DNA of 64,000 nucleotides. Source: an uncultured delta proteobacterium (GTDB lineage Bacteria > Myxococcota_A > Polyangia > Polyangiales > Polyangiaceae). Shown piece after piece: positions 42,671 to 53,675 of the stretch. The notes under the pieces are model-generated. The model was not told where the DNA came from and searched no databases. It saw nothing but the letters and a program-made list of their open reading frames with translations. The stretch is from positions 608,001 to 672,000 of the forward strand of contig CAVOKF010000008.1 in assembly GCA_963696385.1 (NCBI GenBank), in the 5' to 3' direction. Position numbers and translations under genes: made by a program. The first letter of the stretch is position 1. Every line of letters starts with the position of its first letter.

Positions 42671-45148
42671 ATGAGTCTTCGCGTCTGCCATCTTGGCAAA
42701 TTTTACCCCCCCGCCGCGGGCGGCGTCGAGATTCACGTCCAGACGCTGGCGCGTGCGCAAGCGCGCCTTGGTGCCGACGTCCGAGTCATCTGCGTGAGTC
42801 ACAGAAATGCCGCGAAGAGGGACGTTACGTGGGAGAGATTTGCGTCAACCCCGACCGTCAAGGAACGGGACGAGGGCGTTCACGTAACACGGCTAGGCCG
42901 CCGGGCTTCGCTGTCGAGGCTCGATCTCTGCCCCTCGCTTCCGCGGGCGCTGTGGAGGCTGCGCGACGAGCGCATCGACATTGTGCACGTCCACGCGCCC
43001 AACCCGACCATGTTCTTGGCATTGGCGGCGCTTCCGCCGTTTGGCACCTTGGTCGTTACGCACCACAGTGACGTTATCAAACAGCGCGTGCTGGGGCGCG
43101 TCTTTGCGCCGGTCGAGCGGCGCGTGCACAACCGCGCAAGGCTGGTCCTGTCCGATAGCGAAGAGTACGTCGAGGGGTCGGCGGTTCTGCGAGCGCTGCG
43201 TCACAAGGTTAGGGCGCTTCCGTTGGGTCTCAATCTGGCCCCATTCCTGAGCCCATCGCCCGAAGTGCTGGCCTGGGAAGCACGCTTGCGCTTAGAGCTC
43301 GGGCAGCCGTTATGGCTCGCGGTCGGCCGGCTCGTCTACTACAAGGGCCTAACAACGGCCGTTGACGCATTGGCTCAAGTTCCGGGCCGTCTGCTGATCA
43401 TCGGCGCAGGTCCGATGGAGCGAGAGCTCCGTGAGCGGGCCGTCGCTCGCTGCGTCGCCCACCGTATCGAGTGGGCTGGCCAGATCGACCAGAACAAGCT
43501 CCTGGGCGCCTACCGTGCGGCGACAGCCTTGTGGTTCCCCAGCATCGCGCGCAGCGAAGGTTTCGGGCTCGTCCAGGTGGAAGCGATGGCGAGCGGGTGT
43601 CCCGTGATCAACACTCAAATTCCGGGTTCGGGTGTACCTTGGGTATCGCGCGACGGCGAAACGGGCTTCACCGTTCCCCCGAAGGATCCCGCCGCTCTCG
43701 CGGCGGCGTCGGGGCGCTTGCTCGCCGATCCCGCTCTGCGCGAGCGGCTCTCCGCGGCCGCAATCGACCGAGCGTGCCGCGACTTCGACGATGCGGTTAT
43801 GGCTCGGAAGGCCATGGACCTGTATGCGGAAGTCCTCCCGCGCGGGTTGCGAGCCCAACGGCATGAGCCACGACGTCGGGGGCGTGCCGACACGATGGAA
43901 GAGGATATGTCGCTTGCGGGCCCCAATGGGCATCATCCGCCGCCCGGACTCGCAAACGGCGTCGCTCGCCCAAAACCGGAGCGCTTGCGCACTCTGCACG
44001 TGTATAGCGGCAACCTGTACGGCGGCGTGGAAGTATTTTTGCGGACGCTCGCTCATTATCGAACGGACGCGCCATGGATGGCAACAGACGTAGCGCTATG
44101 CTTCGAGGGTCGACTGGTGCGCGAGCTTCGGGCCGAAGGCATCGATGTTCATTTAATCGGGCGAGTGCGCGCAAGTTCCCCCTGGCTGGTCTACGCGGCG
44201 CGTGCTTCGCTCACCCGGCTGCTCGATTCAGGCAACTACGATGTTGTCGTGTGTCATTCAGCGTGGCCTCACGCGCTGGGCGCCCCGGTAGTTCGCAAAG
44301 GCGGGTTGCCTCTTGTTCATCATATGCACGACGTTCCAAACTGGCGCGGATGGCCCAATCTTCTCGCCAATCGAACCCCACCGGACCTTGTGATCTGCAA
44401 CAGTGAATTTACGGCCCGCTCAGGCAGGTGGTTCTTCAAGCACGTGCCCCGGCGCGTGGTTCGATATCCTGTCTCGCTCGCATTCGAAAAACGGCAAGAA
44501 GGCGGCCGTGAAGCTTTGCGAGCGTCCCTGGGCGCGGCCATAGACGCGGTTGTCGTACTCCAAGCGAGTCGCATGCAGCCTTGGAAGGGCCAGCACGTTC
44601 TTCTTTCGGCTCTCGAGAGGCTGCCGAAGAGCGCCCCCTGGGTGTGCTGGATTGCCGGCGCCGCTCAGCGCCCATCGGAAATGAGCTACGAGCGTGAGCT
44701 TCGCTCTACGGTGGAAAGGCTCGGATTGGCGGGGCGCGTAAGATTTCTCGGTCAGCGAGAAGACGTTCCGGCCCTCATGAGGGCGGCCGATATCTTCTGT
44801 CAGCCCAACGTGGGCCCCGAGCCGTTCGGAATCGTGTTCATCGAGGCTCTCGCCGCTGGACTGCCCGTCGTCGCCACGAAGTTGGGCGGAGCTGTCGAAA
44901 TCATCAATCCCTCGTGCGGCCTTTTGGTGGAAGCCAATGGCGCCTCGGTAGCTGAAGCGCTCGATGAACTGATACGGGACGAGCGCAAGCGTCGTGCGCT
45001 CTCGACGGCGGCGGCCCGTCGCGCGCACGAACTGTGCGCGCCCGGAGCCCGCGTATGCGATCTGGCGGCCGTCCTTGGCGCGCTCGTCGAGGGCCGTTCG
45101 ATTCTCGGGGACCGTCGGCGCGGCATCCACCGTCAACGGCGATCGTAG
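42671..45148 (+). CDS. Double GT4 glycosyltransferase fusion
   Basis: Unit A: GKFYPP...EGFGLVQVEAMASG. Unit B: LHVYSGNLYGG...PEPFGIVFIEALAAG. Confidence 0.9.
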   Translation: MSLRVCHLGKFYPPAAGGVEIHVQTLARAQARLGADVRVICVSHRNAAKRDVTWERFASTPTVKERDEGVHVTRLGRRASLSRLDLCPSLPRALWRLRDERIDIVHVHAPNPTMFLALAALPPFGTLVVTHHSDVIKQRVLGRVFAPVERRVHNRARLVLSDSEEYVEGSAVLRALRHKVRALPLGLNLAPFLSPSPEVLAWEARLRLELGQPLWLAVGRLVYYKGLTTAVDALAQVPGRLLIIGAGPMERELRERAVARCVAHRIEWAGQIDQNKLLGAYRAATALWFPSIARSEGFGLVQVEAMASGCPVINTQIPGSGVPWVSRDGETGFTVPPKDPAALAAASGRLLADPALRERLSAAAIDRACRDFDDAVMARKAMDLYAEVLPRGLRAQRHEPRRRGRADTMEEDMSLAGPNGHHPPPGLANGVARPKPERLRTLHVYSGNLYGGVEVFLRTLAHYRTDAPWMATDVALCFEGRLVRELRAEGIDVHLIGRVRASSPWLVYAARASLTRLLDSGNYDVVVCHSAWPHALGAPVVRKGGLPLVHHMHDVPNWRGWPNLLANRTPPDLVICNSEFTARSGRWFFKHVPRRVVRYPVSLAFEKRQEGGREALRASLGAAIDAVVVLQASRMQPWKGQHVLLSALERLPKSAPWVCWIAGAAQRPSEMSYERELRSTVERLGLAGRVRFLGQREDVPALMRAADIFCQPNVGPEPFGIVFIEALAAGLPVVATKLGGAVEIINPSCGLLVEANGASVAEALDELIRDERKRRALSTAAARRAHELCAPGARVCDLAAVLGALVEGRSILGDRRRGIHRQRRS

Positions 45149-45205
45149 GACCTTCGCTTCCCCTGACCACGCCAGCTCGCAACCGTCGATCCGCGCGCCC
45201 CACGT

Positions 45206-46601
45206 ATGAAAGCGACGTCGCTTCACGGCACGACGTCTCCGCCCACCGCCGGGAGTGCGACGGCGGCGCACCTCGCGCTGCGTGCTTCGCGACCGGCCCC
45301 AGTGTTGGCGGCCCTGTACTCACCTTGGTTTCTCTACGCCGTAATGGGTGGAGAGTTCCTTTGTCAAATCGCCCTCCTATTCCCTTTCTTGGCAAAGGGC
45401 CGCGTTTTTCTTCGTGTGGGGGCGTTCGGCTCGAATCTTATCATGTTCTTTGCGCTCCGTCGCCCAGCCAAGGCCCATCCAGCGTCACGATTCGCCGTAA
45501 TTGCTTTGGTCACGATCGCCGCAAGCATTCCGCGACCGGATTCGGACAGCGTCTGGGCAGGCGTGGCAGCACTTTTTCACCATTTGGCCATTCTGGCGCC
45601 GGTGTTCTGGGTGCCGCGCGTCGCTATTGACGCGAAGACCGTCCGGCGAGTCTTTTTGTGTTACTGGCTCTTCAATACCGCAAGTGCGCTTGTCGGTGCT
45701 TTGCAAGTCTATTTCCCCGGACAATTCCAGCCCGCTTTTGCTTCGAACTTGGAGGACAGTTACATCGAGGGGCTTCAGATCACGCTGTCAACCGGCTTCA
45801 GTATGCTGCGGCCGATGGGGCTAACCGATACCCCAGGCGGAGCCGCAATGGGTGGCGTCTATTGCGTGATTCTCGGCATAGGGTTTCTCATGGATCGATC
45901 GGGGTGGTGGTTCGAAGATCCTGGTCGTGGTCAGCATGGCACTGGGGCTGTTCACCCTGTACCTGTGCGAGGTGCGGTCGGTCGCCGTCATGCTTGCCAT
46001 AAGCATCCTTGCGCTCGGGCTTCCCTTGGTCGCCCAGCGTCGGGTCGGTCGCTATGCGTTTCTGCTTGCGGTGGTGTCGACCGTCGCGGTGTTTGGTTTT
46101 ATGCTTGCTTTATCCGTTGCTGAAAAGCACGTGACGGACCGATTTTTGACACTCTTCGAGTCGGATCCCGGCACAGTCTACTACGAGAACAGAGGGGCCT
46201 TTCTTCAGCATACGTTCTACGACCTGCTCCCCCAATACCCTCTTGGTGCCGGCCTCGGAAGGTGGGGGATGATTCATGGCTATTTTGCCGACTCGCGCAG
46301 CCGCATCGAGGCCCTTTGGGCCGAGATTCAATGGACCGCATGGCTGTACGATGGTGGTATCCCATTGATGCTGGCTTACGGAGCGGCAGTGGTCACAGCG
46401 TTGCTAACGGCACTCCGCATCGCTAGTCGACCCGATGGCGCGGAAGGCGAAATCCAGAAATGGGCAACCGTTTTATTTGGATACGGCATAGGCGCATTGG
46501 CGTTAACGTTCAATAACCCAATGTTCGAGGGCACCAATGGGCTCGAATTTTGGTTGCTCAACGGGACCGTGTTTGCAGCTAGCCAGCAGGCAACTCGGTG
46601 A
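45206..46601 (+). CDS. Wzy/WaaL-like polytopic membrane protein (one frameshift at about 45914)
   Basis: Many TM helices, RPMGLTDTPGGA, and PLGAGLGRWG in a late loop; two overlapping ORFs join. Confidence 0.65.
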
Positions 46602-46632
46602 TGCCCCATCGGCAGCGGGTCTACGAAAAAAA

Positions 46633-47769
46633 ATGACATCGCAATACGCAATCGTTGCGAGTGACTTCGTCCGAACAGGAGGGATGGATTGGGCAAACTA
46701 CTCGCTTGCGAGCTATCTAGCCCGCTCGGGCCGGGCCGTTCACCTGATTACTTACCGTGTCGAGGGCGATCTCGGATCGCATCCCAACGTCGTCGTGCAT
46801 CGTGTGCCGAAGCCAGCCAACGCATATGCACTCGGCGGTCCCCTTCTCGGCGCCGTCGGGCTCGCGCACGCTGCGCAACTCGTGTCGCGGGGCGGCGCGG
46901 TTCTATCGAACGGGGGCAATTGTCCCTTTCCTGGGGCAAACTGGGTTCATTACGTTCACGCGGGGCACTGGCCGCTCATGGCGCTGGGGGGCTGGCGTCG
47001 GGCAAAGGCACATAGTCAGCATTGTTTGAATACAGTAAGTGAGCGCATTGCACTGCGCATGGCACGTGTCGTCATTGCGAACTCCGAAATGACACGACGA
47101 CAGATCATCGAACGTGTCGGAGTGACTGCCGACCGCGTGCGGACCGTGTACTACGGTACCGATCCAGCGCGCTTCCATCCCTTCTCGGCGGGCGCACGCG
47201 CTAAGGCATGCGATTCGCTCGGGTGGATCGCGGACCGACCGCGGGTCGCATTCGTCGGCGGGCTTGGGGATCGGCGGAAGGGATTCGACGTGTTGTACGA
47301 GGCGTGGCGTCTTCTATGTCGCTCGGAATCGTGGGACGCGGATTTGGTTGTTGTCGGGCAGGGGGCTGAGCTTCCGTTGTGGCGGGCGGCGGCGGCGCGT
47401 GACGGGCTGATGAGCCGCATCGCGTTTATGGGGCTTCGAAACGACGTTCCCAGAATTCTTGCGGCTTGTGATGCGCTAGTGGCTCCAGCCCGGTACGAGG
47501 CCTACGGCCTCGGTGTCCACGAGGCGCTGTGCTGTGGAATTCCGGCGATGGTCTCCGCGGCGGCGGGCGTCGCTGAGCGCTATCCATCGTCTCTCCGGGA
47601 CCTTCTCGTGGAGGATTCGGAGAGCCCCGATGCCTTGGCGTCATGCCTCATGCGGTGGCGAGAGCGAACCTCGGATGTTCCCGCTCTGATGATGAGCTTC
47701 TCGGAGCAACTGCGCGCTCGCACGTGGGACGACATGGCTCGGGAGATCACGTCGTTGTGCGACGCCTGA
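46633..47769 (+). CDS. Glycosyltransferase family 4
   Basis: TGGMDWAN, RRKGFD, YEAYGLGVHEALCCG. Confidence 0.88.
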   Translation: MTSQYAIVASDFVRTGGMDWANYSLASYLARSGRAVHLITYRVEGDLGSHPNVVVHRVPKPANAYALGGPLLGAVGLAHAAQLVSRGGAVLSNGGNCPFPGANWVHYVHAGHWPLMALGGWRRAKAHSQHCLNTVSERIALRMARVVIANSEMTRRQIIERVGVTADRVRTVYYGTDPARFHPFSAGARAKACDSLGWIADRPRVAFVGGLGDRRKGFDVLYEAWRLLCRSESWDADLVVVGQGAELPLWRAAAARDGLMSRIAFMGLRNDVPRILAACDALVAPARYEAYGLGVHEALCCGIPAMVSAAAGVAERYPSSLRDLLVEDSESPDALASCLMRWRERTSDVPALMMSFSEQLRARTWDDMAREITSLCDA

Positions 47770-47915
47770 TCACGGGCTCATCATGACGTGCAGCGTGTGC
47801 TTTCGGCAAACGTGCGTGAACCTATGACCGCGGACCGCTACTTTCGGTGGGGGGAGGCCCCTGAACCGCGGGGGGGGGCCGCGCAGCCAGACGCAAGATC
47901 GCATTTCGTGTGGAC

Positions 47916-48798
47916 TCATCGAGCATCGTTCAACTCCTGGTCACATTGGCGTTTCAGGGCTTCCATGCACGCCGCGGCCTCGGCGCTGGCGCGACCCACC
48001 TGCGCGCGCTGCGGCTCGGTGGCCCCGTCGATCGCACCGCGTACGAGCCGACCGTGGGCCCGGCGGGCGACCGCCCACACGATGCCCAGGTCGTCCAGAA
48101 GGTGCTCGACCGGCGTGCGCTCGGCGCTGCCCTCGCGCGCCTGTTCCTGCCGCGCACGCAGCACCAAGAGCGGATCGCGCATGCACAACTCGCGGGTCTG
48201 CACGTTGCCCCCGGCGTAGGTCGCGCCGCGCTCAGCCATCTGCCGGCTCGACGGACGACTCGGCGCAATCGCATCGGCCAACCGCTCGCAGTCGCCTTCG
48301 TTGGCGCGCGCCAACGGCACCAGGTACTTCATCGCCGCGTGCGCTTCGATCGCTTCCGAGCGCACATGGTTCTGGACCGACGCCGGTAGCGCCATGACCA
48401 GCGCCAGCCGCCGGCTCACCCAGCTCGGCGTTCGGTCGAAGCGGCGCGCGAGCTCGTCGCGGCTCAAGCCGAAGCGATCGGTCATTTCGCGAAGAAACCA
48501 CCCCTGCTCAATCGCGCTGTCGGCCTCGCCGGCGCGAAGCAGCCGCTCCAGCACCAGCGCATCCGCCTCACTCAGTTCCCAGGCCGTGGCCCGGACCGTG
48601 TCGTGGCGTAGGCGCCGCAACGTGCGGACCCGCTTGTATTCCGTCGACGACGATGGGCGCGCAGCCGTCGCACACCACGATGATCGGCATCCGCTGACCG
48701 ACCTGCGCGATGGACGCCAGAACGCGCCGCTCACGAAGCGCGCTTCGCGTGCGCAGCGACTCGTAGCGAAGGTCCAGTTGCCCCAGCTCCAGCTCCAT
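47916..48798 (-). CDS. ParB/Spo0J-like protein (one +1 frameshift at about 48640)
   Basis: LASIAQVGQRMPIIV...VVDG/YKRV, SAIEQG, ELARRFDRTPSWVSRRLALV. Confidence 0.75.
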
Positions 48799-48893
48799 CG
48801 GCGGCGCGGCCGACAACAGCACGCCCCCGCTCTCGGTTTTCGCGTGCCCCGGGCAAGTCCGCCGGATTCCTACGAAGAATCAGGTACTTGCCT

Positions 48894-49223
48894 TCATATC
48901 TCGTCTTTCGCGACCCCCACGAGCACTCTCCCCAAAGCCCCAAGGAATCCGGCACCTTGCGCCCCGAACTCGTCTTTCGCCAGGTCCCAGGGAAGTCGGG
49001 TCAGCGGCGGCGCCCCCCGCGGTGGCGGACCGCGCGGATCCGCTGCCCTCCGTGCGATCCGGTTCGCGATCGCGTACTCCGGGTGACGCGTCCGCCACGC
49101 CGCTTGCGTCCGTTTGCGCAGCTCGGCGTTGCACGCCCTCGAGCACGCCCGCTGACGCTCGCCTACGCGAGGATCAGGACGGAACCATCGACGACAGATC
49201 GTACAAGGACGCGGCCGGCACAC
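48894..49223 (-). CDS. Small Cys-rich hypothetical protein
   Basis: RPCTICRRWFRPDPRVGERQRACS. Confidence 0.55.
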   Translation of the reverse strand: MCRPRPCTICRRWFRPDPRVGERQRACSRACNAELRKRTQAAWRTRHPEYAIANRIARRAADPRGPPPRGAPPLTRLPWDLAKDEFGAQGAGFLGALGRVLVGVAKDEI

Positions 49224-49310
49224 CCCCGAGCATCGCTTCCCGCCACGCTTCCCGAGGCGGACCTTTTCTCGCGAGTGCGCACACCCGGGTCATTTCTGGC
49301 GAGCGTTGAA

Positions 49311-50697
49311 GTCCTCGTCCGAGAAGAGGACCGGTCGCCACGCTTCGCGCATGTGCCACTCCACGTAGAAAGCGAGCGTGCACAGGAAGATGTGCGCTCG
49401 GACTCGGTTTTCCAAGTGGTGAATGGGGCGCACCTTCAAGTCGATCGTCTTGATGGATCGGAATGCGCGTTCGACATTCGTGAGCTTCTTGTAATGGCGA
49501 ACGGCCTGTTCGTCGCTGGTCGACTCTTGGCTCAAGGACGTACGAATCACGTATACGCCGTCGAGTGCTGCCTCCTCTGCGATGCGATCCTCGCGGAGGC
49601 GATACTCGAATGTAGAATCATGGATTTCGAGTAAGAAGTGCTTGGCCACCTTATGCTTGTTGATCACTTTTCCGATCCGTAGCCCGATCGCTGCTTTGCC
49701 CACCAGCTTTCCGCGAACCACAATTCTCTGCACCGCGTCGAGTTCTTTGCGTGTCGCGTCGAGAAGGCTCTGGCGCTTGTGTGCGCGCAATCGTGCGAGG
49801 TCGTGGTTCTTGCATGCGATCAACCGCTCACCGGCAAGTTTGGGTCCCGCACGGAAAACAGATTGCGTTCGTCGAAGAGTCCGAGTTGCAGAACGCCCGA
49901 GTGCACGAGGGATCGAATGCGACCGCTCTTGAGCGCGGTAACCCAGGTCGTCCCACCGGATTTGCGAAGTGACGAAATCTGTTTCTCCGTGATCATCCCG
50001 CGCGGTCACCCACAATCACGAATCCGTCAATTCCGAAGTCGGATCAAACACGCTCCACCTGGTCGAGGAGCGTCGTTGAATCGGATGCGTTTCCCTCGTA
50101 AACCTGGACCGCAATGGGACAGCCCCGTTCATCGGTGAGAAGGCCATAGTTGACCTGCAGCTTGCCCTTCTTGCCATCGCGGTTGTATCCGAGCTTGGCA
50201 AGTGGACATTGGTGTCCTTCAAAATAGCTCAATGACAGATCGTAGAGCACCAACCCTTGCTGGCGCAGGTGACGCGTCGCCAACTTCTTCTCGATCGCGT
50301 CCTGCCGCTCGAAGAGCCGACCCATGGCGTCGTACAGGTCATCTTCGGTCGCATCCGCAATCCCGAGGTCTTCGGGCAGGGTCGTGGTCTTCCAGGCCCT
50401 CTTCGTCGCGAGCATGCTCTGGGCATCGGTGATGCGCGCCACCAACAGGGCCATCACCACATCGCCCTGGCGGCTTGGTTGCTTGTCGGTCGATGAGGAG
50501 CTCGAGCCCCAACTTGCGAATGACTTGCCGAACGGCGTCGACCGCACCGTGGCTTTGGTCGCGGACCTTTCGGATCGGCCCGTCCGGGCCAAACAAGGGC
50601 TCCTTGCGGAGCGCTCGCCGCATCCCCTCCACCTGCTTTTCCGTCAACGACGACAGCAAGATCGCGAACTTCGGCGATTTCGGTTCAGGAACTTCAG
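49311..50697 (-). mobile_element. Decayed second copy of the IS1634 element
   Basis: Near-identical reverse complement of about 14833-16411. Left TIR intact at 50697; internal deletion, indels, and the right end is missing. Confidence 0.92.
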
Positions 50698-50925
50698 CCT
50701 AGAGCGATCGTCGCGTTGACGTCATTGCCCCGACCGCAACAGAGCGCGACCGCTTGCTGCCCCACGAGCATGGCTCGGAGCGACTCGTTGTCGGCAAGCA
50801 ACCGTCCACCTCGCGACGCAAGGCGGATAGCTCGGCCTCGCGTCGTTTCAGTGCTCGAGCCCTCGAAGCGTCTGGGCCATTCATCGTCTCTGCTCCGGTT
50901 CTCCCCCAAACGAGCATCGCCTTCA

Positions 50926-51900
50926 TCAACGACTCCTCGCCGTTCTGACCGCTTGGCGCACTCGCACGACGCATGTAGCTCCGACCTTCGCTACCCGTTT
51001 TGGCATTGCCGCAATTACCTTGTGCGCCAGCACTCCCACAGGTCGCTCGCGCATGAACGGATAGTACCGGTGCTGCAACATAACGCGCGCTCCCTGAATA
51101 TCCCCCTCGCGCAGAGCACTGCTGACCGCACTCATCAAAAGTCTAGTCATGAATTTTCGCTTTAGCAGCTCGACATGAGCCGGCACGTGGATAGGATCGA
51201 GGTACTTGATGAGCCGCCCCGTTGCCAGGCCTGCGGAGGTTTGCGACAGGGGATGGACGCGGTATTCTGCGAGGAACTGTGGGACGAACACGAATAATTT
51301 TGCTTCAGCGGCGATGCGGGCAAATATTTCGATGTCCGGCGTGTTTAGGTCTTTCTTCATCCCCAGTCTCTTCGCGTCGGCCGCTCGAATGAGCGATGCT
51401 GACATCGGGACCGAGTTGCGCCATACACTAGCCGCGGGGTCGCTAACCTCGCCGCTCGCAAGGCGATCTCGGCCGTACAAGGTAGTGAATTCGCGCGTCA
51501 GCTTATCATTTCGATTGCCCTTCTCATTGATTACATGATGGTTCGCGAAGATGACGACAGCCTCCGGAATACGTGCCGCAAGCATCTCCTCAACGAATTT
51601 AGGTAGCAACCTATCGTCATCGCCCATAATGACCAGGTATTCGCCACCGGCCCAGCCAATAAGCGCATTGCAGTTCCCGCCGAGACCGAGAGGTATTTCG
51701 TTTCTTCGGTATCGGACGCGCGGGTCAAGACGCATTTGTTCAAGGACAAATTCGCGGATCGATTCCTCACCCGCATCGTCCGAGACCAGAACCTCGAGGT
51801 CCTTGTGTGTTTGAGCCAATGCCGATGCGACCGCTTCCCGCAGATACGCGAGGCGTCGCTCGGAGCGCGTTGGAATACAAATGGAGACTAGGATGGACAC
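50926..51900 (-). CDS. Glycosyltransferase family 2
   Basis: VSICIPT, SALAQT, VSDDA, GDDD. Confidence 0.88.
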   Translation of the reverse strand: MSILVSICIPTRSERRLAYLREAVASALAQTHKDLEVLVSDDAGEESIREFVLEQMRLDPRVRYRRNEIPLGLGGNCNALIGWAGGEYLVIMGDDDRLLPKFVEEMLAARIPEAVVIFANHHVINEKGNRNDKLTREFTTLYGRDRLASGEVSDPAASVWRNSVPMSASLIRAADAKRLGMKKDLNTPDIEIFARIAAEAKLFVFVPQFLAEYRVHPLSQTSAGLATGRLIKYLDPIHVPAHVELLKRKFMTRLLMSAVSSALREGDIQGARVMLQHRYYPFMRERPVGVLAHKVIAAMPKRVAKVGATCVVRVRQAVRTARSR

Positions 51901-52019
51901 TTGGACCAGGATGCCTGAGACAGGCGGGTACGGTCAAATCGAGCCTAGGCCGTCGTGTGCGTTCCTAGGGTCCTATGTTCTTGTCCCTATACGCGAACGG
52001 ATACCCCGACGCACGGGGT

Positions 52020-53471
52020 CGAAGGGCGTGCGCGACGAAGTTCGCGTATATCGGAAGGGACTTGTGGAAGCACTTCGGCGAGGGGGAAGAAGGTGCTCGA
52101 CGCCGCCGCCCCATCGGACGAGCCGAAAGAGGCCGCCTCGCCTGCGCCGAGCGATAAGCCGCGCGAGCGGACGAAAAATACGGCTCCGACGGGCCGGCGC
52201 GATCTCTCCAAGTGCGACTTGCCCGAGATTCGTGTCGAACTGTCCGACCCCCAGCTCGACGGAAAGGCCGAGCGAATCGGGGTCGAGGAGACCTCGCGCG
52301 TGGCTTTCGAGCGCGGCGGATACCGGCGCCTGATCGTCGCGCGCGTCGTGTACAAGGAGCCCGAGCCAAGCCCACCCCCTCCCACCGAGGGCCCGACCGA
52401 CGGGCGGATCCCGGCTGTCCCGACGGAGCCGTCGTACCGGTTCATTACCGCGCCGATGCCCAAAGAGATCATGGCGCGAGACATGCTCGCGCCATCAATG
52501 ATCGCCCACGTGCTCGCCATCAAGTACGTCCTGGGCGTTCCCTTCTATCGCTACGAGCAGCAATGCGCGCACGAAGGCTTTGCCCTCGATCGCGGCACGA
52601 TGTGCCGGTACTCCGAGCACGTCGGCGCAAACCTCGGCTGCATTCGTCGAGGCGGCGCGCAAAGAGGCCATCGCGACCGCGTTCTGCTTGTCCACCGACG
52701 CCACCGGCGTCGCGATTCAGCCCATCCCCCTGCCCGACGGAACACACCAGCCCTGTCGCAAGGGACACTTCTTCGTTATGCTCACCGACGAGGGTCACGT
52801 CTTTTTCGACTTCCAGCCCAAGCACACCAGCCTCGCGGTCTGGCAGATGTTCAAGGGGTTCTCCGGCTACGTGCAGGCCGACGCCTACGCGATCTATGAC
52901 GCGCTTTTCAAGGGCATCCCCCGCCCGCTCGTCGACGCCTTCTTCACGTGGGCCCGCGCCGAGCACGACAAACGCCCCGAGCGCGGGCTCGTCGCCACCG
53001 CCCTCGGATACTCCATTCGCCACGAGAAGGCGCTCCGCCGTTTTCTCGACGACGGTAGGCTCCGCATGGACAACAACTCCGCGGAGCGCGAGTTGAAGGT
53101 CATCGCCGTCGGCCGCCGGGCATGGTTGTTCTATGGCTCCGACGACCACGCGGGGGCTGCCGGCAACACCCTGTCGCTGATCGCCTCGTGCAAGCTCCAC
53201 CGACTCGACCCCGAGCTGTACCTCACGGAGATCATCCGCATCCTGCCGTACTGGCCCCGCACCCGGTACCTCGAGCTCGCCCCGAAGTATTGGGCCGCCA
53301 CGCGCGCACGCCTCTCGCCCGACGAGCTCAAGCTGCCGCTCGGGCGTATCACCGTGCCTCCGCCCCCCTCGAAAGAGCAGACCTCGTCGAACTGAACGAC
53401 CGTCGTTCACGCACGCGAAGATGCCCCCTGCCGCTTCGGTACGCCATAACGCCTCTTCGTGCAGCGCTTAC
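52020..53471 (+). mobile_element. IS66 TnpC pseudogene with right end
   Basis: KYVLGVPFYR, TDATGV, QADAYAIYD, MDNNSAERELK, SLIASCKLH; terminus GCAGCGCTTAC at 53471. Frameshift at about 52645 and internal deletions. Confidence 0.88.
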
Positions 53472-53675
53472 TCTGCAACGGCACCGCCGGGACGGACGGC
53501 AGCGTGCCGAGCGACGCATCCTTGGCCAGCGAAGGCGGGAACGCGGCGACGCTGCGGGTGAGCGGTGGGGAGGCCGGGGCAGCCTGCGTCCGCTCCCCTC
53601 CTCCCGCGCCGGCGGCAACGTACGTGAGCCAAGTCAGCGACCTCACACCTCGCGCGACGCTCAGGTCACTCCCGC

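Larger units (their letters stand above)
47870..49310 (-). mobile_element. Truncated IS21-like element carrying a Cys-rich ORF and a ParB-like gene
   Basis: End-like sequence TTCAACGCTCGCCAGAAATGACCCG at about 49310, then the Cys-rich ORF and ParB, then an overlapping ATG 47926 MLDESTRNAILRL (transposase-like start) cut off at a G-run. Confidence 0.5.
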
